From the NCBI GenBank assembly GCA_041663425.1, contig JBAYMS010000001.1, positions 8,884 through 72,883 on the forward strand: a DNA stretch of 64,000 nucleotides, written 5' to 3'. The notes below the pieces were generated by a model. That model was not told the origin of the DNA and made no database searches. It worked only from the letters and a program-made list of their open reading frames with translations. Position 1 is the stretch's first letter. Each line of letters starts with the position of its first letter. A program made the position numbers and the translations under genes. This document shows, piece after piece, positions 39,607 through 47,642 of the stretch. This DNA is from Candidatus Omnitrophota bacterium. GTDB lineage: Bacteria > Omnitrophota > Gorgyraeia > 2-01-FULL-45-10.

Positions 39607-42477
39607 ATGAACTATCCACGAGGGTCGGAATGGAGAAAATGGGACTTACATTTACACACACCGTCTTCTTATGATTACGATGACAAGAGCGTCACAGATG
39701 AGCAATTGATTAAAACCTTAAAAGAAAACGAAATTACCGTTGTAGCTATAACGGATCATCATTTTATAGATGTTGAAAAGATAAAGAAACTACAAGAATT
39801 AGCAAAAGACGAAATTACAATATTCCCGGGGATTGAGCTTCGAGCAGAGCTGGGAGGTAGCGAATCCATCCATTTTATAGGAATATTCCCAGAGGATTCT
39901 GATGTAAATGATATTTGGACAAAATTACAGGGGCAGTTAGAATTAACGCCAGCGGATGTAAAGAAAAAAGGTAATGATAAGATTTATTGCCATTTGAATA
40001 AGGCCGCCGAGCTTATTCATCAGTTGGGAGGCATTATAACTATTCATGCTGGCTCGAAAAGTAACTCGGTTGAAAAAATCACTAATGCGCTTCCATATAA
40101 AGAAGCGCTTAAAGAAGACATTGTGAAATCTATCAATGTCTATGAAATCGGGAATTCAGCCGATGTGGAAGGATACAGAAGCAATGTTTTTCCGAACATA
40201 GGGATTAAAATTCCTTTGGTAATTTGTTCTGACAACCACGATATAAAAAAGTATGTGTTAAAAGAGAATTGTTGGATAAAAGCAGATCCAACATTTACCG
40301 GGTTAAAGCAGATTATATTAGAGCCGGAGGATAGGGTATATATTGGCAAAGCTCCAACGAGGAGGAAAAACCTCGCCAGCGTAATCGACAAGATTGAGAT
40401 TAGTAATTCTAACGGGTGGTTTGAGGAATCCCCTATTGTTTTAAACGAAGACTTGGTCACCATAATAGGAGAAAAAGGTGCCGGTAAGACCGCGCTTGCC
40501 GATTTTATAGCTCTGGCGGGCGGGGATTTTGGGCTTCAAAAAAGCGATGCTAGCTCTTTTGTATTCAAAGCTCTAACCCCTACCAAACAAATCGAGAAGA
40601 CCATTGAAAATTGTCAAGTAACTATCAAATGGAAAGAGGGCAATCCCGACCAGATAACTATAAACAAAGAGCTGGTTGATTATAAACCTACGAAGAAAGT
40701 AAAATATTTATCTCAAAGTTTTATTGAGGAAAAATGTCGCCCAGAACACGCTGATGAATTGAGAAAAGAAATCGAGAATATCGTTTTTCAATATATACCA
40801 ACATCCGATAGGCTTGGGCAAACAACATTTAACGATTTAAAACGTTTAATGACGCGGGGTATTGAAGTAGAAAAAAGTAACTGCAGACAGCTTTTATTCG
40901 ACCTCAATGGTGAAATTTCTATTCTAAGAGACGAGATAGATAATCTCGAAGTACAAAAGTCAACTAAGAAGAAAACTGAAGATGAAATAACTCAGTTAAA
41001 TGAACAGAAACCAAAACCTGCTGATGCCGAGGAAAAAGCCATCGAAGATAAGCTGGCTATTTTATATACCAAGAAAAGTGAGATTAACGAAAAAGTTGCA
41101 GAATGCAAGTTGCAATTAAGCACCATAGAATCTATAAAAACAAAGCTGCTAGCTCTAAGTCAATACGTTGAAAAAGAATTGATTAGCATTAAGACGGACC
41201 TTGATTCAATAGCTTTAGGCAGTATTTACAACAAGCTAACATTTTCAATAAATCCAGAATTTCATACGAAGCTTGATGAAGCTAAGAATAAGCTGACGAA
41301 ACAGATTAAAGATTTTGAAGGAGCGCCGGAAAAAGTATCGTCCCTCACCGAAGATGAGAAAAAACTAGAGCTGATAACGACTGATTTTGTCAATGGGCTC
41401 ACACTTTCTCGTTTAGATGTAATTATAGAATGGCTAGAAACAAAATCGAGCATTGCCTATGATGCAAGAAAAGTTATTAAGGATTTCGAAGAGAAAATAG
41501 AGAAAAATAAGAAAGCAGTAGCATCTTTAGAAAAAAGCATCGCCGAGGTAGAGAAAACAAAAAAACCTACTCTTGCGAAGAAAATCGAGGAAAGAAATAG
41601 TGCCTATAAAAGTTATTTCACTTTGCTCCAAAAAGAAAAAAGTGTATTTGAAAGCCTGAGCGCACCTATTAAAACAAAAATTGATTCAGAGAATGTTGGT
41701 GATAAGCAGATAGGTTACTCAGCAAGAATTGAATTTGATGTTAATGGATTTTATGAAAAAGCATGTGAAATAATAAATTTCAAAGCAGCTGGTCATTATC
41801 ATCAAGATGGCCAACTGTTATTTAAAGATATCAAAGCCATAGCAGAAAAGATTGAGCTCGCAGAAGATGCCGATGTTTGCGCTTGTCTTGTAGACCGGTT
41901 CATTCAAACATTCGAAAAAGATGATGGTAGCGATGTTGATATTAAAACTCAACTGAAAAAAGGTAAAAAACAAATTGATTTTGATGCATGGCTTTTTGGT
42001 ATTTCATTCTTCAGCGTGACATATAGCATAAAATACCAAGATACTTATATTGAATTGCTATCTCCTGGAAAAAAAGGGATAGTGTTGTTACTAATGTATC
42101 TCACGTTAGATGCTGAGAGTGGCATACCGTTGATTATAGACCAACCAGAAGAAAATCTAGACAACAAATCCGTATATGCGCATCTAATAGAATACTTCCG
42201 CCAAGCCAAGAAGCGGCGGCAAATTATCGTTGTAACACACAATCCGAATTTAGTATTAAATACAGATGCCGAACAAGTGCTTGTTGCTGATTTTCAAGTC
42301 GTACCACCTGCGGGGCAAGCAAGAATAAGATATATAAGCGGGTCTATAGAAAATTCGTTTATTAACGAGTCTCTCAAAGACCCTCTCAGAAGACAGGGTA
42401 TTCGCGAGCATGGTGCCGAGATATTGGAGGGCGGTAAAAAGGCCTTTATTCAGCGAAAAGATAAGTACGAATACTAA
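39607..42477 (+). CDS. PHP-domain phosphoesterase fused to Rad50/SbcC-like ABC ATPase with central coiled coil (Ppl-like architecture)
   Basis: 956 aa. PHP motifs are WDLHLHT, ITDHH, GIELR, IHAGS and SDNHD (aa 1-~230). Walker A is GEKGAGKT (aa 288-295). A long charged heptad-like region spans aa ~420-690. The signature-like LSPGKKG, Walker B LIIDQPEENLD and H-loop VVTHNPN follow. Confidence 0.7.
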   Translation: MNYPRGSEWRKWDLHLHTPSSYDYDDKSVTDEQLIKTLKENEITVVAITDHHFIDVEKIKKLQELAKDEITIFPGIELRAELGGSESIHFIGIFPEDSDVNDIWTKLQGQLELTPADVKKKGNDKIYCHLNKAAELIHQLGGIITIHAGSKSNSVEKITNALPYKEALKEDIVKSINVYEIGNSADVEGYRSNVFPNIGIKIPLVICSDNHDIKKYVLKENCWIKADPTFTGLKQIILEPEDRVYIGKAPTRRKNLASVIDKIEISNSNGWFEESPIVLNEDLVTIIGEKGAGKTALADFIALAGGDFGLQKSDASSFVFKALTPTKQIEKTIENCQVTIKWKEGNPDQITINKELVDYKPTKKVKYLSQSFIEEKCRPEHADELRKEIENIVFQYIPTSDRLGQTTFNDLKRLMTRGIEVEKSNCRQLLFDLNGEISILRDEIDNLEVQKSTKKKTEDEITQLNEQKPKPADAEEKAIEDKLAILYTKKSEINEKVAECKLQLSTIESIKTKLLALSQYVEKELISIKTDLDSIALGSIYNKLTFSINPEFHTKLDEAKNKLTKQIKDFEGAPEKVSSLTEDEKKLELITTDFVNGLTLSRLDVIIEWLETKSSIAYDARKVIKDFEEKIEKNKKAVASLEKSIAEVEKTKKPTLAKKIEERNSAYKSYFTLLQKEKSVFESLSAPIKTKIDSENVGDKQIGYSARIEFDVNGFYEKACEIINFKAAGHYHQDGQLLFKDIKAIAEKIELAEDADVCACLVDRFIQTFEKDDGSDVDIKTQLKKGKKQIDFDAWLFGISFFSVTYSIKYQDTYIELLSPGKKGIVLLLMYLTLDAESGIPLIIDQPEENLDNKSVYAHLIEYFRQAKKRRQIIVVTHNPNLVLNTDAEQVLVADFQVVPPAGQARIRYISGSIENSFINESLKDPLRRQGIREHGAEILEGGKKAFIQRKDKYEY

Positions 42478-42655
42478 GTTTAATAATCAATTGCTGAGAA
42501 TAAATATAAACAAGAACTGATTAATCGCTGGTCTAAGCTTTATGGTAAACAGATAACCGAAGAAGAATATCGACAGATTTGTGATAATTTAAGCGGTTAC
42601 ATTAAACTTTTGTATGAGTGGGATATGAAAGATAAAACGCAAAAAGGAGAGCACA

Positions 42656-42880
42656 ATGCCAAGGATAGCAAGTAATGTTTGCCCAGCGTGTCATAATAAG
42701 TTTCCTGCACACAAAGGTAACACGAAAACTTTTAGACAACTTACGCCGGCGGAGAGAAGTAGGTCTATTAGAATGATGGCTATCAATTTAAAGAAGGCTA
42801 TAAATGCTGACTTGCCATCGACCCGTATCAGACGGCTTTTTTGGGTTATAGATTATATGGCGCGGCAGGGAAGCAGGTAA
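42656..42880 (+). CDS. hypothetical small protein (CPACH Cys/His-containing N-terminus)
   Basis: 74-aa ORF with a good SD (AAGGAG 8 nt upstream). No recognisable family. Confidence 0.3.
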   Translation: MPRIASNVCPACHNKFPAHKGNTKTFRQLTPAERSRSIRMMAINLKKAINADLPSTRIRRLFWVIDYMARQGSR

Positions 42881-42883
42881 CAA

Positions 42884-43025
42884 ATGATACATGAAAAAAA
42901 CGTATTTAACGATATCTTCGCTGATTTGATTTGCCATTCCCAGTTTGATGGAGGGCATAATCCTTTAGATTATTTGCACTATATGGACAAAATGGAACAG
43001 GCTAGAAAAAATAATAATGAAGAAG
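42884..43025 (+). pseudogene. 5' fragment of a small ORF interrupted by the IS3-family element
   Basis: ATG at 42884 encodes MIHEKNVFNDIFADLICHSQFDGGHNPLDYLHYMDKMEQARKNNNEE, then reads into the IS left inverted repeat and terminates. Deleting 43026-44259 joins it in frame to the fragment at 44260-44462. Confidence 0.5.
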
Positions 43026-43037
43026 TGACCTTACCCC

Positions 43038-43913
43038 TTACACTGCACAGCTCGTAAGGTGAATTTCTGGTGTTTTTTGTTGTTCTTTCCAGGCCTTGGT
43101 GAACTCTGCCGGAGTTAGACCGTCTAACGATCCGTGAGGCCTGAATGTATTATACTCCACTCTCCAGTCTTCGATAATCTTTTTTGCTTCTTCAATCGTA
43201 ACGAAGTAATGTTGATTGAGGCATTCGTGCCGTAGCCTACCATTGAACGACTCGATAAAAGCGTTCTGTATGGGCTTGCCGGGCTTTATAAAGTCAAGCC
43301 TAGCACCGTTATCATACGCCCATTTATCAAGGGCTCGTCCCGCGAACTCAGGACCGTTATCGGTCGTGATTACTTGCGGACATCCTCTTGTAAGAACTAG
43401 CCAATCAAGCACTCTCGTTACTCTGTTACCGTCTATAGACGTATCGACTTCGATAGAGAGACATTCTTTAGTAAAGATATCAAGCACGTTCAGCGTCTTT
43501 ATCTTCCTGCCGTTCCATAACCCGTCTGACATAAAGTCCATCGCCCAGCGTTCATTGGGCTTCGAGGCTTCCGGTAGCTCTAGTCTGATCATTGAGGCTC
43601 TCTTGTGACGTTTGCGAAGCTTTAGCGCGAGGCTATTCTCCTTATAGATGCGCTCGGTGCGCTTATGGTTTACTACAAGTCCCTCACGATGCAATATATC
43701 GTGAAGCATCGGAAGTCCCCAGCTCTTATGCGTAGCTATAAGCTCCTTCATACGGTCTAATATCTTCGCATCGTTATTAGCTCTACTGGTCTTGTAATAA
43801 TAGCTTGATCTATTAAGCTCTACAAGCCTGCATGATCTAGCCTTCGACAGCCCAAAGCGCTCTTTTAACCGAGCTACAGCAAGTCTCTTTACTTTGGGCT
43901 TAGGAAGTTTTTT
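43038..43913 (-). CDS. IS3-family transposase OrfB (DDE integrase core), expressed as OrfAB via -1 frameshift
   Basis: The track ORF (43038-43751) begins at an internal Met. The same frame stays open upstream to the slippery site AAAAAAC (revcomp of 43907-43913) and encodes KKLPKPKVKRLAVARLKERFGLSKARSCRLVELNRSSYYYK... rve-type motifs are WAMDFM, TDNGPEF and ESFNGRLRHECLN. Confidence 0.8.
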   Translation of the reverse strand, partial: KKLPKPKVKRLAVARLKERFGLSKARSCRLVELNRSSYYYKTSRANNDAKILDRMKELIATHKSWGLPMLHDILHREGLVVNHKRTERIYKENSLALKLRKRHKRASMIRLELPEASKPNERWAMDFMSDGLWNGRKIKTLNVLDIFTKECLSIEVDTSIDGNRVTRVLDWLVLTRGCPQVITTDNGPEFAGRALDKWAYDNGARLDFIKPGKPIQNAFIESFNGRLRHECLNQHYFVTIEEAKKIIEDWRVEYNTFRPHGSLDGLTPAEFTKAWKEQQKTPEIHLTSCAV

Positions 43914-44167
43914 GAGTTGAGCGCCTTTAACGCCTGGTTATCGAGTGTTAAGTCCGCGACTATGTTCTTTAGTCTGCGGTTCTCATCCTCGAGCGCCCTT
44001 AGTTTCTTCGCGTCTGATACTTCCATGCCGCCATACTTCGATATCCACTTATAGATCGTGCCTTCACAGACATTAGCTTCTCTTGAGATATCTGAAACCG
44101 CCACTCCTTGCTCATGTCTCTTTAAAAAAGCTATTATCTGTTCCTCTGTAAATCTTTTGCGTGACAT
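43889..44167 (-). CDS. IS3-family transposase OrfA (HTH + leucine zipper)
   Basis: 92 aa, MSRKRFTEEQIIAFLKRHEQG...KLRALEDENRRLKNIVADLTLDNQALK, typical of IS3 OrfA. Confidence 0.85.
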   Translation of the reverse strand: MSRKRFTEEQIIAFLKRHEQGVAVSDISREANVCEGTIYKWISKYGGMEVSDAKKLRALEDENRRLKNIVADLTLDNQALKALNSKNFLSPK

Positions 44168-44259
44168 ATCCCGAGCCTCCTTTACGTAGCTATTGGTAGC
44201 TACGGTTATACACTAGGAAACTCGCCTTGTAAACTGTCTAGTTTAGCGGGGTAGGGTCA

Positions 44260-44462
44260 CTTTCGTCAGTTTAAATTATGGCGAGCCCGCAGATTTTTAC
44301 ATTGTCCCAAGCAAAGTCGTTGCAACCTTCATAAAAAAACATAATCGAAAGTGGCTTAAGACCCCCGGCAGAAAAGGCCAGAAACACAACCAAACCTCAA
44401 TGAGACAATTTAGAGACGACGAACAGCGATATCGTAACGCATATTACCTCATGAAGTTGTAA
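44260..44462 (+). pseudogene. 3' fragment of the IS-interrupted small ORF
   Basis: An open frame without a start encodes FVSLNYGEPADFYIVPSKVVATFIKKHNRKWLKTPGRKGQKHNQTSMRQFRDDEQRYRNAYYLMKL, with a stop at 44460-44462. An in-frame stop just inside the IS end precedes it. Confidence 0.5.
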
Positions 44463-44541
44463 TATTTTGTAAATTTATATAATAGTTTAAGGGACGGTTC
44501 TGACGAAAATCTGACCGGTGACATACCACCGACAGGTTCCT

Positions 44542-45084
44542 ATGATACTCAAAGACTATGACATATCGTTAGTATATAGGCTACTTGAGCCGGGCCCGGT
44601 TGTGATGGTAACAACATCGCGGGATGGCAGGCCCAATGTTATGACTATGTCCTGGCATACCATGATGGAATTTACCCCGCCTCTTATAGGATGTGTTATA
44701 AGTGACAGGAATTACACATTCGATGCGCTCAAAGCCACAAAAGAATGCGTTATTGCGATACCTTCGGTAAAGCTTGCAGGCAAAGTGGTGCAGGTGGGCA
44801 GTGTTTCAGGCCGGAACACGGATAAATTTAAAACAATAGGACTTACTCCGAAACCCGCCTTTATAGTGAAAGCGCCTATCATAGCCGAATGTTTTGCAAA
44901 CATAGAATGCAGGGTGGTAGATACCTCGCTGGTAAATAAATATAATTTCTTCATAATGGAAGCGGTGAAAGCTTCCATAGATCACGCGCAAAAAAATCCG
45001 AAAACCCTCCATCATCATGGTAAAGGAACGTTCGTTTCCGATGGCGTAAAAATAAGGCGTAAATTTAACAGCCTTGAGCCATAG
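44542..45084 (+). CDS. flavin reductase-like (FMN-binding split-barrel) protein
   Basis: LLEPGPVVMVTTSRDGRPNVMTMSWHTMMEFTPPLIGCVIS is typical of the flavin reductase-like domain. The start is taken at MILKDY; the track GTG at 44518 is also possible. Confidence 0.72.
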   Translation: MILKDYDISLVYRLLEPGPVVMVTTSRDGRPNVMTMSWHTMMEFTPPLIGCVISDRNYTFDALKATKECVIAIPSVKLAGKVVQVGSVSGRNTDKFKTIGLTPKPAFIVKAPIIAECFANIECRVVDTSLVNKYNFFIMEAVKASIDHAQKNPKTLHHHGKGTFVSDGVKIRRKFNSLEP

Positions 45085-45126
45085 AAAATAAAAATCGCAC
45101 TTATATTTGACACTTGCACATACATC

Positions 45127-47085
45127 ATGTATACTTCATCAAAAACCGAAAGGAAATTAATGTCAAATAAATCTATATTTGCGGCAGTAATAACAGTATT
45201 TGTTTTATTTATAACTTCCGTTTCTTTTGCAAGTCAAGCGTCAACCACTTCCACCAATCAAAGCGAGATCAAACCCTACTGGTTTTTAGATGCGCCTAAA
45301 GAATGGCCCGCCCAGGTAATGCCTGGTATGCGCGGCGGGACTGAGAAACTTAAAAGCTATATCGACAATCTCATCCCTGTTTTTGGCACAAAAGATATCA
45401 TACTATTTGCTGATTATAAATCTGTTATGGGAGCCAGAGGTTCAAACGAAGAGAATATAGGAATAGGGTTAAGAGATCTTCTCTTCGACGAAAAGCTTAT
45501 CCTGGGAGGCAATTTCTTCTATGATACCCGCTATACGGAAAACAAGATAAGGCATCATCAGCTGGCATTTGGTTTGGAGGGTTTGACGAAATGGGTAGAT
45601 GTAAGGTCTAATTTTTACTTTCCGATATCGGGTAGGCAGATGCTAAGCGGTGATACTACATATTTATTCGGCTCGAAAAGCCTGGATGTGCAGAACACAT
45701 ACGAAGAACCGTTAACCGGCATTGATTACGAAGCAGGTGTTCTTATACCATGTTTGTCTGATTACGTTGAGACAAGAGCATTTCTGGGAGGATATAACTA
45801 TTTTCCCGGCATAGGTAAAGGGCTTAACGGTATAAAGGCAAGGTTTGAAGTCCGTCCCATAAAGGCGCTTACGGTAAATGTTGAGATGAAAAGCGATAAT
45901 TACGGTGCGCCCCAATATTTTGTTGAAGGTTTTATGACAATCCCTCTCGATACGATGAACGTATTCAAAATAAAAAATCCATTTACCGAATTTGGAAAAT
46001 ACTTCTCCTATAAAAAGGGCATTAGGTCTTTAAGAGAACGTATGGTTGATAGAGTAGTGAGAGACATAGACGTAACCGCTAAAAGCACTCCTACGGTACG
46101 GTCAAAAGCTCATGATCTTACCTATGTAGACAACACATATTATAGCGGATACTCGAATGGTTCGCTGGATCGCCCGTATACGACTATAGCCGATGGTATA
46201 ACAAATGCCACGGGAGACCATTGGATTTACGTAAAAGGCACCGGCACTAATTATGCCGGCAATCTTAACCTCCCCTCAAACTACGTTCTTTGGGGTAGTG
46301 CTTATAATGGAGGCTTCCAGAATCTCGGCGTAAGCGGTGTTTATCCCGTCATAAGCGGCGGCACTCAATGCTTAACTATTAATAATAATAATACGGTTAT
46401 GGGGATGAAGATGCAGAGCGCCACGGACAACGGTATCAAATTTACCGCAGGGACCACATTAACCGGAACGATAAAACATAATATCTGTAATAGCAACGGC
46501 AACAACGGAATAGATCTGGACAGCAACACAGCTACGATCACAAGCTTCACCATCGACAGTAATACGCTCAATAGTAATACCAGTAATGGAATAAACTTTG
46601 GAGGCAATAGCGGGACGATGCGTAACGTTACTATTTCCAATAATATGATAGACAGCAACGGGGATGATGCAATAAGGATGTGGGCAAACTCAGGGACACT
46701 GACCGGTTTTCTCATCTCTAATAATACGTGCAGCAATGCCGGCCTTCACCATGGAATAGATATGGATGGCAATGGTGGCACTATGAGTAATTTTACGTTC
46801 TTGCGTAACGTCATAACAGGTAATAACCGGGACGGAATAATGATGAAGGGCGGGACTATAACCGGCATTAATTTTGGCGATGGCACAGCAGGCGGCTATA
46901 ACTCCATCTATAATAACAACCAAGCGGCTGGCAGCTATTACGATTTTGAAAACCAAACCGGAAACGCTGTCTACGCCCAGTATAACTGGTGGGGACAGGC
47001 TACCGGACCGGGCGCAGGGCAGATTTACAATAGTGCCACTAGCAGCACAAATTCTTCAAATTACCTATCCTCAAATCCAAACTAA
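45127..47085 (+). CDS. secreted/outer-membrane protein: inverse-autotransporter-like beta-domain plus parallel beta-helix (PbH1) repeat passenger
   Basis: 652 aa with a signal-like N-terminus. The region aa ~90-280 shows the intimin/invasin beta-domain pattern (NIGIGLR...GGNFFYDTRY...HHQLAFGLE...VRSNFYFPISG). The C-terminal half has repeated NNGIDLDSN / SNGINFGGN / GDDAIRMW / HHGIDMDGN / NRDGIMMKG units. Confidence 0.55.
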   Translation: MYTSSKTERKLMSNKSIFAAVITVFVLFITSVSFASQASTTSTNQSEIKPYWFLDAPKEWPAQVMPGMRGGTEKLKSYIDNLIPVFGTKDIILFADYKSVMGARGSNEENIGIGLRDLLFDEKLILGGNFFYDTRYTENKIRHHQLAFGLEGLTKWVDVRSNFYFPISGRQMLSGDTTYLFGSKSLDVQNTYEEPLTGIDYEAGVLIPCLSDYVETRAFLGGYNYFPGIGKGLNGIKARFEVRPIKALTVNVEMKSDNYGAPQYFVEGFMTIPLDTMNVFKIKNPFTEFGKYFSYKKGIRSLRERMVDRVVRDIDVTAKSTPTVRSKAHDLTYVDNTYYSGYSNGSLDRPYTTIADGITNATGDHWIYVKGTGTNYAGNLNLPSNYVLWGSAYNGGFQNLGVSGVYPVISGGTQCLTINNNNTVMGMKMQSATDNGIKFTAGTTLTGTIKHNICNSNGNNGIDLDSNTATITSFTIDSNTLNSNTSNGINFGGNSGTMRNVTISNNMIDSNGDDAIRMWANSGTLTGFLISNNTCSNAGLHHGIDMDGNGGTMSNFTFLRNVITGNNRDGIMMKGGTITGINFGDGTAGGYNSIYNNNQAAGSYYDFENQTGNAVYAQYNWWGQATGPGAGQIYNSATSSTNSSNYLSSNPN

Positions 47086-47107
47086 TTCTTAGGTAGATTG
47101 AAACCGC

Positions 47108-47156
47108 GGGGACGGCTCTGAATGTAATTTCAGAACCGTCCCCAAATTTTTATTTT
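47108..47156 (+). terminator. intrinsic terminator
   Basis: GGGGACGGCTCTGAA ... TTCAGAACCGTCCCC stem with one internal mismatch, followed by AAATTTTTATTTT. Confidence 0.6.
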
Positions 47157-47237
47157 ATATTATCATTATCAAAAACTTGTCAACCGTGCATTTTTAATGT
47201 AAGCTTAAACCGCTGATGTTAAAAACAGAGGAGCGGC

Positions 47238-47642
47238 ATGGCCCAGAAAATATTGATAGTAGATGACGAAAAAGATTTTATCGATATGCTTGCCGAAAGG
47301 CTTATGGCAAAAGGATTTAACATAGTCGAAGCCTTTAACGGAAAAGATGGGCTCGATAAAGCGCATGCAGAAAAGCCTGATGTGATAGTGCTCGACCTGA
47401 CAATGCCGGAGATGAGCGGTTATGATGTATGCAGAAAGCTTAAAATAGATAAAAATTATAAAGACATACCGATCATAATGTTGACTGGAAAGTTCCAGCC
47501 AAACGATATAGAGTTCGGCAGGGAAATGGGAGCAGATGCGTATCTGACAAAACCGCTGGAGTTGAAAGCGTTATCCCACAAGATAGACGCGCTCTTACGC
47601 CTTCGGGATAAAAATAAAAAAATAAAAGGAGTATCAAGATGA
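47238..47642 (+). CDS. single-domain response regulator (CheY-like receiver)
   Basis: 134 aa with KILIVDDE, VIVLDLTMPEMSG and the conserved K in AYLTKP. Confidence 0.85.
   Translation: MAQKILIVDDEKDFIDMLAERLMAKGFNIVEAFNGKDGLDKAHAEKPDVIVLDLTMPEMSGYDVCRKLKIDKNYKDIPIIMLTGKFQPNDIEFGREMGADAYLTKPLELKALSHKIDALLRLRDKNKKIKGVSR

Larger units (their letters stand above)
43026..44259 (-). mobile_element. IS3-family insertion sequence, apparently intact (orfA/orfB with -1 frameshift site)
   Basis: 1234 bp. Terminal inverted repeats are TGACCTTACCCC (43026-43037) and GGGGTAGGGTCA (44248-44259), 11/12 complementary with TG...CA ends. It carries orfA and a DDE orfB with an AAAAAAC slippery heptamer. No clear target-site duplication was seen. 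Confidence 0.8.

Noticed and set aside
43023-44262. Target-site duplication flanking the IS3-family element.
   Set aside because: The flanks are AAG (left) and CTT (right), which are reverse complements rather than direct repeats and probably just extend the inverted repeat. No 3-4-bp direct repeat is seen with either boundary choice, so none is reported.
44260-44540. attR-like repeat of the tRNA-Asp 3' end, or an integrase gene defining the island as an integrative element.
   Set aside because: I could not find a copy of GTTCGACCCCCGTCGTCCCCGCCA or a substantial part of it at the distal boundary. No tyrosine or serine recombinase ORF exists in the island.
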